DNA from: Nitrospirae bacterium MYbin3
Lineage (GTDB): Bacteria > Nitrospirota > Thermodesulfovibrionia > Thermodesulfovibrionales > Dissulfurispiraceae
Direction: 5' to 3'
Assembly: GCA_002753335.1 (NCBI GenBank)
Contig: PEAD01000004.1
Location: 114,746-134,745 of the forward strand
Length of the DNA stretch: 20,000 nt
Below are positions 1 through 7,994 of this stretch, piece by piece. The notes under the pieces were generated by a model. The model was not told the origin of the DNA, did no database searches, and worked only from the letters and a program-made list of their open reading frames with translations. A program made the translations under genes and the position numbers. Numbering within the stretch: position 1 is the stretch's first letter; each line of letters starts with the position of its first letter.

Positions 1-789
1 TACAAAAACAGCAGCATGGCCGAAAAAGAAACTCTTCTTATGAACACACGCTTGGCAATTAGAAAAATTGGAGAGCCGGACCAGTCGATATTTGTGTTCT
101 CTTTCTATCCGGATGTGCTCACATTAAAAGAGGTTGGGGACCCGCTCGAAGTGGCAGAATTTTTCGGCCTCGACAAAGACAATATCAAAGCAAAGATTAT
201 TTTAGCGCAGGGAAGGCAGAACACAAACTACGCCATCTACCTGTACGCCTGCCATCCTTTTTTCATTCAAGGTTACTGTACGATGACAAACGGCGAAAAT
301 ACAGCCTTCGTGCCTATACGCGAGTTCCTCTCTGGCCGGGGCTTTCCCGGATACATGGGATACAACAGCGATAGCGAGGTCTTTACTCATATACTTCACT
401 ACACAGCAAGGCAGCTGAATTTCCCGCTCAAATATTATAAGGATGTAATAACCCCGATGAAGGATGCCGAAATCGCAAAACGCAGCGATGCCGAGGCTGT
501 AAGGCTTATAAAGAAAACCATGCGGCCGCTCTGTATTGACGGCCCCAACATGGTGATAGGCTTTACCCCTGACGGAACCTGCTTTATGGTTCAGGACTCG
601 AAAAAACTCAGGCCCGGCGTAGTGGGCGGAGTAAAAGGCAAATATGCGCTGATGTCCGAAGAATGCGGGGTTGACAGCGCAGTGCCTAAGCGGGACAGGG
701 CAACAGATATATTCCCGATGAAATACGACATGGTTATAATTTCCCCGCAGGCAAAGGAGGTCAAGGTATGGAATCAGCTGCACGGTTAG
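1..789 (+). CDS. Glutamate synthase-like class II glutamine amidotransferase subunit (5'-partial; frame is open from base 1)
   Basis: Frame 1 is open from position 1 to TAG 787-789. Motifs AQGRQNTN, HPFF, TNGEN, SDSEVF, DGP, DSKKLRP and SEECG are typical of the GltB GATase domain. The N-terminal catalytic Cys lies outside the window. Overlaps the next glt gene. Confidence 0.85.
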   Translation, partial: YKNSSMAEKETLLMNTRLAIRKIGEPDQSIFVFSFYPDVLTLKEVGDPLEVAEFFGLDKDNIKAKIILAQGRQNTNYAIYLYACHPFFIQGYCTMTNGENTAFVPIREFLSGRGFPGYMGYNSDSEVFTHILHYTARQLNFPLKYYKDVITPMKDAEIAKRSDAEAVRLIKKTMRPLCIDGPNMVIGFTPDGTCFMVQDSKKLRPGVVGGVKGKYALMSEECGVDSAVPKRDRATDIFPMKYDMVIISPQAKEVKVWNQLHG

Positions 790-2429
790 ACAGCAACCAT
801 AAGCTCACCCTAAAAGAGCTTCCATATATAATCCGCTGGCGCGACGACAGGTGCAAACGCTGCGGCAGATGTACTGCGGTGTGTCCTGTAAAAGCGATCG
901 CCCCGGCAGTAAGAGTGCAGCGCTCTGTGCGCTCAGAAGGCGCAGTTCCCACACCGACAGCAAAAAGGACGATAGTGCATGTAGTGGAACAGGTTGCGGA
1001 TATAGAAAAATACTGCACCGGCTGCGGAACCTGCAGCCTTGTCTGCCCAAACGAAGCCATAGAACCGGAATACAATCCTAATAATAAATTCCTTCATTTT
1101 AAAAACAAAGGCGGCGACGCCTACAAAAGAGGCGGCAGAAGAAACGACCCGCTGGTCTCAACGCTGGACAAACTCAAGTTTACAAGAATATCTATGCTTA
1201 CAGACCCTGCTCTTGATGCTGGCAGGCATGAGTTCAGAGTAAGGACACTTCTCGGCAGGGTTCTACCTCCGGAAGAAATGCCGCTGACCCTCGTTAACGG
1301 AGAGCTTGTTGTGGATAAAAACAGCGGGAAGTTCATTCCTCCTGTGCGCGAGATTTATCCGATAATGATAGGCAGCATGTCGGTCGGCGCGCTTTCGCCT
1401 CCGATGTGGGAAGGGCTCGCAATGGGCATCTCATATCTGAACGAGGTTGAGGGCATGCCTGTTGTGATGTGCTCGGGCGAAGGCGGAATGCCGCCGAGAC
1501 TTCTTAGATCAAAGTATCTTAAATATTTCATCATACAGATCGCGTCGGGCTATTTCGGCTGGGACGAAATAATCCATTCGCTTCCGCACATGGTCGAAGA
1601 CCCGGCAGCCATAGAGATAAAATACGGACAGGGTGCAAAGCCGGGAGACGGCGGACTGCTTATGGCGCAAAAAGTGCTTAAGCTCATATCCGGAATCCGC
1701 GGTGTGCCGCAGTTTGTGGATTTGGCATCGCCACCTACGCACCAGACCAAATACTCGATCGAAGAAGCGGTTGCCAAGATGATACAGTCCATGTCTATGG
1801 CATGGGGCTTCAGGGTTCCGGTCTATCCGAAAATTTCGGGCACAAAAACAGCAAAGGCTGTTCTGAACAACCTTGCCAGAAACCCTTATGCAGCGGCGCT
1901 TTCGATTGACGGAGAAGACGGCGGAACAGGCGCGGCCTATAATGTTTCTATGGACAAGATGGGACATCCGATAGCATCAAACCTGCGCGAATGCTACCTT
2001 GACCTAGTAAAGCAGGGCAAGCAGAACGAACTTCCTCTAATCGCGGCAGGCGGTGTGGGCAAAAAAGGGAATCTCGCTGCTAATGCGGCGGCGCTCATAA
2101 TGCTCGGCGCATCTGCGGTATCGATCGGGAAATACATAATGCAGGCGGCGGCTGATTGCTTAGGCGACGAGCACAACCGCTGCAACCTCTGCAATACAGG
2201 CAAATGTCCGCGCGGCATAACCACTCAGGATTCGAAACTTTACAGAAGGCTTGACAGCGACAAAGTGGCCGAGCGGGTAGTAGAAGTGTTCAAGTCCGCA
2301 GACGTTGAGCTTAAAAAAATATTCGCTCCTATGGGTAGAAGCACCGAACTGCCTATAGGCATGTCAGACGGCCTGAGTATTGACGACAAGGCCATAGCGG
2401 AAAGGTTGGGTATAAGCTATGCCTGCTAA
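768..2429 (+). CDS. gltB: Glutamate synthase FMN-binding subunit with N-terminal 2x[4Fe-4S] ferredoxin domain (GltB2-like)
   Basis: SD AAGGAGGT at 754-761. Two CxxCxxCxxxCP motifs, MSVGALS, SGEGG, QIASGYFG, EIKYGQGAKPGDGG, DGEDGGTGAA, and the C-terminal Fe-S motif CNLCNTGKCPRGITTQD. Confidence 0.9.
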   Translation: MESAARLDSNHKLTLKELPYIIRWRDDRCKRCGRCTAVCPVKAIAPAVRVQRSVRSEGAVPTPTAKRTIVHVVEQVADIEKYCTGCGTCSLVCPNEAIEPEYNPNNKFLHFKNKGGDAYKRGGRRNDPLVSTLDKLKFTRISMLTDPALDAGRHEFRVRTLLGRVLPPEEMPLTLVNGELVVDKNSGKFIPPVREIYPIMIGSMSVGALSPPMWEGLAMGISYLNEVEGMPVVMCSGEGGMPPRLLRSKYLKYFIIQIASGYFGWDEIIHSLPHMVEDPAAIEIKYGQGAKPGDGGLLMAQKVLKLISGIRGVPQFVDLASPPTHQTKYSIEEAVAKMIQSMSMAWGFRVPVYPKISGTKTAKAVLNNLARNPYAAALSIDGEDGGTGAAYNVSMDKMGHPIASNLRECYLDLVKQGKQNELPLIAAGGVGKKGNLAANAAALIMLGASAVSIGKYIMQAAADCLGDEHNRCNLCNTGKCPRGITTQDSKLYRRLDSDKVAERVVEVFKSADVELKKIFAPMGRSTELPIGMSDGLSIDDKAIAERLGISYAC

Positions 2430-4827
2430 GAAAAAACAAGTCAGAAGTCAAAAAGCGGCAGTGAAAACTAAAAAGAAAGAAGAACAGATTATAGAGATAA
2501 CTGGAACAAAGGCTGTTATTCGCGGAAATGTCAACGGCAGCAGAGTGCCGTCTCGCATACTTGAAGAGCATATTCAACTGGCTGTGCAGGAAGGCGCAAG
2601 AGAGCTTCACATTCAGGCTGCCGGACAGCACGGGATAGGCGGAAGAATATGGCCTAAAGATGAAACCGTAAAATTTTATGTTGAAGGCCCTGCAGGGCAG
2701 AGGCTCGGAAGCATGGGCATGCCCGGAACCGAGATTATACTGAAGAACAGCGCTTCGGACGATGTGGGCTGGATAAACTGCGGGGCAAAGATAACAGTTT
2801 TGGGAGATGTCACAAACGGCGCCTTCAACGCGGCAGCTCAGGGAACCCTTTATGTTCAGGGCGGCGGCGGCGCAAGATGCGAAACAATGACAAAAAGAAA
2901 CCCTCGCTTTGAACCGCCTCAGTCATGGTATTTCAGAAACGTGGGCGATTCTTTCGCTGAGTTCAAAGCTGGTGGCATCGCGGTTGTATGCGGTGTTGAT
3001 TCTAGAAACCCCGAAAATATCCTCGGTTATCGTCCTTGCGTCGGAATGGTCGGCGGCACAATATATTTCAGGGGACCGATTCAGGGCTACAGCGAGCGCG
3101 ACGTAAAACTGCTCGAACTCACTCCTCAGGATTGGGAATGGCTCACAACTAATATGAAGCCGTACCTCGAAGCAATAGACAGAATGTCCTATTACAAAGA
3201 GCTTACACGCTCCATGGACGACTGGAAGAAGCTCATAGCATACACGCCGCAGGAAAAAGCAAAGAAAAAACCTTTAAAGATAAGCGCGACAGAGTTCAGG
3301 AAGAACCACTGGGAAAAGGCTGTAGGCCAAGGCGGTATATTTGCAGAATACCTTGACCATGACCTGACTGTGCTTCCATATATCACGACCGGCAAATTCA
3401 GAAGAAACAAGCCGGTATGGGCGAATGAAAAATATGCACCCCCCTGCGCTTACGCCTGTCCGACATATATACCGTCGCACAAACGAGCAACGCTTATCAG
3501 GGAAGGCAAGCTGAATGAGGCGCTCGAACTTGTGCTTCAGTACAGCCCGCTTCCTGCAACGGTTTGCGGAGAGATATGCCCCAACCTCTGCATGAATAGC
3601 TGCACGAGAGGTCAGCTCGACAGGCCCCTTGCGATAGACAAATTAGGAAAGCTCTCGTTAGATATGCCCGCCCCTAAAAAAGCAGCAGCAACAAACCATA
3701 AAATCGCCGTAATCGGAGGCGGCCCCGGCGGCATGAGCGCTGCGTGGCAGTTGGCGATAAAAGGACACACCGTAAATCTTTACGAGGCATCAGCCAAACT
3801 CGGAGGCAAGCTCGAACTCTGCATCCCGCATGAGAGGTTGCCTAGAGAAATTATAGACAAAGAAACCGAAAGGTTCCGGCAGCTAGGAATTAATCTTCAT
3901 CTGAACACAAAGGTCACAAAAGAGCTGTTCGATAAAATATACAAAGACCATGAAGTGGTTGTTCTTGCCTGCGGCGCGCACCAGCCAAGAAAGGTTTCGT
4001 TCCCCGGCTCGGACGAGATAGCTTCAGCTTACGAGTTCCTCAGAGACATAAACCTCGGCAAACACCCGGATTTAAAGGGCAAGAAGGTTGTAATTATCGG
4101 GGCAGGTAATGTGGGCATGGATGTCGCATCAGAAGCGTACAACTACGGCGCCGAATCTGTGACTGCGGTGGATATTCAGAAACCGGCCGCCTTCGGCAAA
4201 GAGATGGATATAGCAAAGGCAAAGGGCACACAGATAGCTTGGCCTAAATTCACAGACAGGTTCGACAAAAAAGAAAGAAAGATCATCTTTAAAGATGGAT
4301 CATTCCTCGATGCGGATGTGGTGATAATGTCGATAGGCGATGTGCCGCAGCTCGATTTTCTTCCGGCAAGTGTGCATAGCGAGCGCGGCTGGCTGACTGT
4401 AAATGACGAATTCCAGACCTCCGACGTAAAGGTTTATGCGATAGGCGATGTCACTGGACTCGGACTTGTAACGCATGCTATCGGACATGGGCGATTGATG
4501 GCCGAAAACATACATTATCAGTTGATGCACGCGCCGAGACAGCCCGAAGCAAAACAGGTTGTGCCCTACGAAAAAATAAAGACCGAATACTACGAGGCCT
4601 GCAAAACAGCCTTTACTCCACAGGAAGAAGGCAACAGATGCATGTCCTGCGCAACTTGCCGCGATTGCCATATGTGCGAAGTCAGTTGCTATTGGGGGGC
4701 AATAACCCGCAATGATCTCGGCAACGGCAGGTACGAGTATGTTACTGACGATGAGAAATGCATCGGCTGCGGCTTCTGCGCCGGAATCTGTCCTTGCGGT
4801 GTTTGGGAGATGACAGAGAATATTTAA
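2419..4827 (+). CDS. gltD: Fusion of GltB C-terminal GXGXG beta-helix domain + GltD-like FAD/NAD(P)H oxidoreductase + C-terminal 4Fe-4S dicluster
   Basis: N-terminal GQHGIGG/GQRLG/GDSFAEFKAGG/GMVGG repeats (GXGXG domain). PPCAYACP and CGEICPNLCMNSC Fe-S motifs, Rossmann motifs GGGPGG and GAGNVG, YAIGD, and C-terminal CxxCxxCxxC and CIGCGFCAGICP. Confidence 0.88.
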   Translation: MPAKKKQVRSQKAAVKTKKKEEQIIEITGTKAVIRGNVNGSRVPSRILEEHIQLAVQEGARELHIQAAGQHGIGGRIWPKDETVKFYVEGPAGQRLGSMGMPGTEIILKNSASDDVGWINCGAKITVLGDVTNGAFNAAAQGTLYVQGGGGARCETMTKRNPRFEPPQSWYFRNVGDSFAEFKAGGIAVVCGVDSRNPENILGYRPCVGMVGGTIYFRGPIQGYSERDVKLLELTPQDWEWLTTNMKPYLEAIDRMSYYKELTRSMDDWKKLIAYTPQEKAKKKPLKISATEFRKNHWEKAVGQGGIFAEYLDHDLTVLPYITTGKFRRNKPVWANEKYAPPCAYACPTYIPSHKRATLIREGKLNEALELVLQYSPLPATVCGEICPNLCMNSCTRGQLDRPLAIDKLGKLSLDMPAPKKAAATNHKIAVIGGGPGGMSAAWQLAIKGHTVNLYEASAKLGGKLELCIPHERLPREIIDKETERFRQLGINLHLNTKVTKELFDKIYKDHEVVVLACGAHQPRKVSFPGSDEIASAYEFLRDINLGKHPDLKGKKVVIIGAGNVGMDVASEAYNYGAESVTAVDIQKPAAFGKEMDIAKAKGTQIAWPKFTDRFDKKERKIIFKDGSFLDADVVIMSIGDVPQLDFLPASVHSERGWLTVNDEFQTSDVKVYAIGDVTGLGLVTHAIGHGRLMAENIHYQLMHAPRQPEAKQVVPYEKIKTEYYEACKTAFTPQEEGNRCMSCATCRDCHMCEVSCYWGAITRNDLGNGRYEYVTDDEKCIGCGFCAGICPCGVWEMTENI

Positions 4828-4848
4828 TTTTAAAGCGATTTGATTTTA

Positions 4849-4890
4849 AATGGGCGGTGAATTGGATATTCACCGCCCATTGTTTATTAT
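4849..4890 (+). terminator. 14-bp perfect hairpin after the glt operon (likely intrinsic terminator, also downstream of the displaced tRNA 3' end on the minus strand)
   Basis: AATGGGCGGTGAAT (4849-4862), loop TGGAT, ATTCACCGCCCATT (4868-4881), followed by GTTTATTAT. The U-tract is imperfect. Confidence 0.7.
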
Positions 4891-4922
4891 GGTGCCGGTG
4901 GGGAGGGTCGAACTCCCACGAG
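4889..4922 (-). repeat. att site: 34-bp exact duplicate of the tRNA-Leu 3' end
   Basis: ATGGTGCCGGTGGGGAGGGTCGAACTCCCACGAG at 4889-4922 is identical to 6055-6088. Confidence 0.95.
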
Positions 4923-5165
4923 AGAGGTGTCCGGGTTTGTTTGGATACTTTGAAACGATTTTTAAGTGGTAAACTGCTCTGCCTCATGCCGCTACCTCTA
5001 TCTTCGGTAGTGTAGTCCAGTAAATCTCATTCGGCGTTCTGCCGTCAAGTCCTTGATGCCGTCGCCGACTGTTGTAAAACTCAAAATAAGTTGCAAGCCC
5101 AATTCTGGCCTCTGATATAGAAACATAAGCCTTTAGATAAATATCTTCGTACTTCACACTACGCG
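4923..5165 (-). pseudogene. IS3-family transposase C-terminal fragment plus probable right terminal repeat
   Basis: RSVKYEDIYLKAY...EARIGLATYFEFYNSRRRHQGLDGRTPNEIY is the IS3 OrfB C-terminal signature (stop at 4984). There is no DDE core upstream. The sequence 4923-4949 (AGAGGTGTCCGGGTTTGTTTGGATAC) resembles an IS3-type end. Confidence 0.8.
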
Positions 5166-5169
5166 AAGT

Positions 5170-6005
5170 AACAGAAAGTCTCTCGACCGCGCTGAACTTA
5201 GTGTTGATCATTTAAAACTATGCTTTGCGGGATGGCGACAAATGAAATAACAACAAATAATATTAACAAATACATCGACAACAGGCAGAAAAATGGGGCA
5301 AATGCCACAATAAACCGTGAACTTGCTGCACTCAAAAGGATGTTTTCTATAGGTTTTAACCAGACACCACACAAAATAATACGAATTCCTTCTTTAACTG
5401 AACACAATGTTCGCACAGGCTATTTTGAGCATCATGAATATCTTAAAATGTGTGATGTTTTGCCTAGCCATATTAAACCGGTATTTATTATGGGTTATCG
5501 CACAGGTATGAGGATTTCAGAAATTCTTTCTCTTAATTGGGAAACAGTAAATATATTTGATCGGAGGATAACGTTGGTGAATACAAAAAATAATGAGCCA
5601 CGGATTATACCTCTTGTTGGGGAATTGTTTGATACGATTCTGAAGCAGAAGGTTCTCTGTGATAGTAGTTATTCAAAATTTCCATATGTTTTTTCCAGAA
5701 ATCGAAAGCAGATTAAAGATTTCCGAGGGGTTTGGAACGCTGCATTTGAGAAAGCCGCGATAGAGCGCAAATTGTTTCATGACTTGAGGAGGACTGCTGT
5801 TAGAAATATGGTAAGGGCTGGGGTTGCTGAGAAGGTGTCAATGCAAATCTCAGGACACAAAACCCGTGATGTTTTTGAGCGATACCATATTGTAAACGAA
5901 GATGATTTGAAGCTTGCTTTTCAAAAAGTTGACAGCATGCATGCTGAAACTGAAAAAGCTGTTGAGAAAGAAAACAGCGGGCACAAAACAGGCACAATCG
6001 GATAA
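5170..6005 (+). pseudogene. Tyrosine recombinase/phage-type integrase, N-terminally truncated, with probable frameshift near 5224-5226
   Basis: Catalytic residues are present: TGMRISE (R), TKNNE (K), FHDLRR (HxxR), SGHKT (H), FERY (Y); also ATINREL. Integrase-like NRKSLDRAELSVDHLKLCF is encoded in another frame at 5170-5226, upstream of the 5220 ORF. The arm-binding N-terminal domain is absent. Confidence 0.85.
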
Positions 6006-6055
6006 AGGAGGAAATTTATGAAAAAAACAAAACAAGCCAAGTCTCTGTTTTTCAA

Positions 6056-6142
6056 TGGTGCCGGTGGGGAGGGTCGAACTCCCACGAGGTTGCCCTCACC
6101 GGATTTTGAGTCCGGCGCGTCTGCCAGTTCCACCACACCGGC
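6056..6142 (-). tRNA. tRNA-Leu(CAA)
   Basis: Minus strand GCCGGTG...CACCGGC-A-CCA acceptor stem, anticodon arm CCGGA-CT-CAA-AA-TCCGG, long variable arm, T arm GGGAG-TTCGACC-CTCCC. CCA is encoded. Confidence 0.97.
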
Positions 6143-6292
6143 TGTGGAAATTATCTTAGAGCATCAACGAGTTGCAGAATATTGTAGCCTATCACAAAGT
6201 ATTCGTTAGTGTCAAAACTAGCGGTATGCTTTAATCTCTGACAATGCTTATTAATCAAAAACGTACTTGACAAGAATCAAAAACTTACTTGC

Positions 6293-6321
6293 TTGACAAG
6301 AAAATAATTTTGTTTTATCGT
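6293..6321 (+). promoter_or_regulatory. Sigma70-type promoter for the yeiH-rhodanese unit
   Basis: TTGACA (6293-6298), 17-bp spacer, TATCGT (6316-6321). Confidence 0.65.
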
Positions 6322-6409
6322 TTTAGTCAAAGGGGGTTAGCTGTAACGTTTAATAATTTTTACACATCCATTAAAGCTGGAAAAAAATACTATTGCGGAG
6401 GTGTTTTAT

Positions 6410-7942
6410 ATGGCCCCAAAAGGAAGTAGCCTGTCGGATTTGTGGAAAAATGAGGACTGGCTTGCTGTCTGGATAGGTTTTTTCATAATCGCTATGGTAC
6501 TCATTTTTAACCAGTGGAGCATAATAGACTTAAAAAAGGTGTCGCCCGGGCACAAATGGGCAACTGATGGTCAGATAGCCTCGCGTGTTGAAAAATGGAA
6601 TGCCGCTATAGACCCTCTAATGAAAGATGCCGAGGCAAAAGGTGAACAGGGAGCTGTGGTGCGCTTGCAGGGCTTGAAAGAGACATTGCAGAAAGGCGAT
6701 AGGAAATCGATTGCTGAAGCTGCAGGCAGAGTTGAGCGTATGGGCGGATTGGTTGGTGAGCTTGGCAAGGAGGTTGGTGCACACGCAAAGGCAGAGCCGG
6801 CTAAGCTATTTACTGCTGACAATCTAACAAGAGGTTTTAAAATATGCGTGGCTTTTATGATTATAGCTACGATTGGCCTCAAGATGATGGGTAGTGTGAA
6901 CCTAGGCAAGTTTGTTTTAGGTTTCCCAATTGTATTTATTCTTGCATGGCTTGCCCGTTTAATTGCAGGCAATGCAGCTCCGGGTGATTGGGGCATAGAA
7001 TATGTGGTATTTTCACTTGCAATAGGCCTGATACTCAGCAATCTCATAGGGCTTCCAGCATGGCTTATGGAGGCTGTGAGAACCGAATATTACATCAAAT
7101 CAGGGCTTGTTATTCTTGGCGCCGGGCTTCTTTTTTTCGAGATATTGCAGGCTGGCGCGCTTGGTATAATGCAGGCCATAGGTGTAGTTTTTGTGGTGTG
7201 GTATGCCTGTTATTGGCTTGCAAAGAAGCTTAAGGTTGATGATGAATTTGCGGTTATGCTGTCAAGCGCAGTGTCGATATGCGGAGTTTCAGCCGCAATC
7301 GCAACATGCGGAGCAATTGAGGGCGACAAGAAAAAACTGTCTTATGTTACTTCACTCGTTCTGATAGTGGCTGTGCCTATGATGGTGATAATGCCTTGGG
7401 CTGTAAAGGCCTTTGGAATTCCGGATATAGTCGGCGGGGCATGGCTGGGCGGCACGCTCGATACGAGCGGTTCTGTTGTTGCTGCAGGCGCGCTGATAAG
7501 CGAGGCTGCGATGAAAACAGGGGTTATCGTTAAGTTTTCGCAAAATGCGCTCATCGGTGTTGCTGCATTTATACTTTCGATATGGTGGACATGCAAAAAA
7601 GGAGCTGAATGCGGCGAAAAGCCTACTGCTCGTATAATATGGGATCGTTTCCCCAAATTCGTGCTTGGCTTTATAGTCGCTTCGGTCTTTTTCTCTTTCT
7701 TTCTGCATATAGATACGGTAAACGCCACTAAAAGTCTTCTCGGAGACTTAAGGACATGGTGGTTCGCACTTGCTTTCGTATCTATCGGCCTCGAAACGCG
7801 CTTTGTAGATATAGCTAAGATGGAGGGCGGCAGGCCCGCACTGGCCTTTATTGCTGCGCAGACGTTTAATGTTATATGGACTCTGATTTTAGCGTACATA
7901 CTGTTTGGAGGGTATATATTCCCGGTGCCTGATATAAAATAA
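6410..7942 (+). CDS. yeiH: YeiH/PSE-family (putative sulfate exporter) membrane transporter, long form
   Basis: SD GGAGGTG at 6397-6403 favours ATG 6410 over GTG 6401. Motifs EDWLAVWIG, EYYIKSGLVILGA, SICGVSAAIA, GAWLGGTLDTSGSVVAAG, VKFSQN, RFPKFVLGF and LAFVSIGLET, with many transmembrane segments. Confidence 0.88.
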   Translation: MAPKGSSLSDLWKNEDWLAVWIGFFIIAMVLIFNQWSIIDLKKVSPGHKWATDGQIASRVEKWNAAIDPLMKDAEAKGEQGAVVRLQGLKETLQKGDRKSIAEAAGRVERMGGLVGELGKEVGAHAKAEPAKLFTADNLTRGFKICVAFMIIATIGLKMMGSVNLGKFVLGFPIVFILAWLARLIAGNAAPGDWGIEYVVFSLAIGLILSNLIGLPAWLMEAVRTEYYIKSGLVILGAGLLFFEILQAGALGIMQAIGVVFVVWYACYWLAKKLKVDDEFAVMLSSAVSICGVSAAIATCGAIEGDKKKLSYVTSLVLIVAVPMMVIMPWAVKAFGIPDIVGGAWLGGTLDTSGSVVAAGALISEAAMKTGVIVKFSQNALIGVAAFILSIWWTCKKGAECGEKPTARIIWDRFPKFVLGFIVASVFFSFFLHIDTVNATKSLLGDLRTWWFALAFVSIGLETRFVDIAKMEGGRPALAFIAAQTFNVIWTLILAYILFGGYIFPVPDIK

Positions 7943-7994
7943 CAGGACCCCGGCAGAAAAAAATAAATACTATCTGGAAGGAGGTGAACTATCG

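Larger units (their letters stand above)
4889..6088. mobile_element. Degenerate tRNA-Leu-integrated element (att - IS3 remnant - integrase remnant - att)
   Basis: Direct repeats of the tRNA 3' end flank an integrase remnant and a transposase remnant. The integrase stretch is visibly AT-richer than the flanking genes. Confidence 0.88.

Noticed and set aside
4889..4922. Possible second tRNA gene or CRISPR repeat
   Set aside because: Only the T arm and acceptor 3' strand are present, and there are just two copies 1.17 kb apart. It is an att duplication.
4758..5015. ORFs spanning the gltD end, hairpin and att copy (also 4742-4987 on the minus strand)
   Set aside because: They cross a terminator, a tRNA fragment and an IS end, and have no protein motifs.
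6018..6209. 63-aa ORF with a strong SD (AAGGAGG) after the integrase
   Set aside because: It runs antisense through the whole tRNA-Leu (GAGGEGRTPT is the typical tRNA shadow translation). At most it is the stub of an element gene cut at att.
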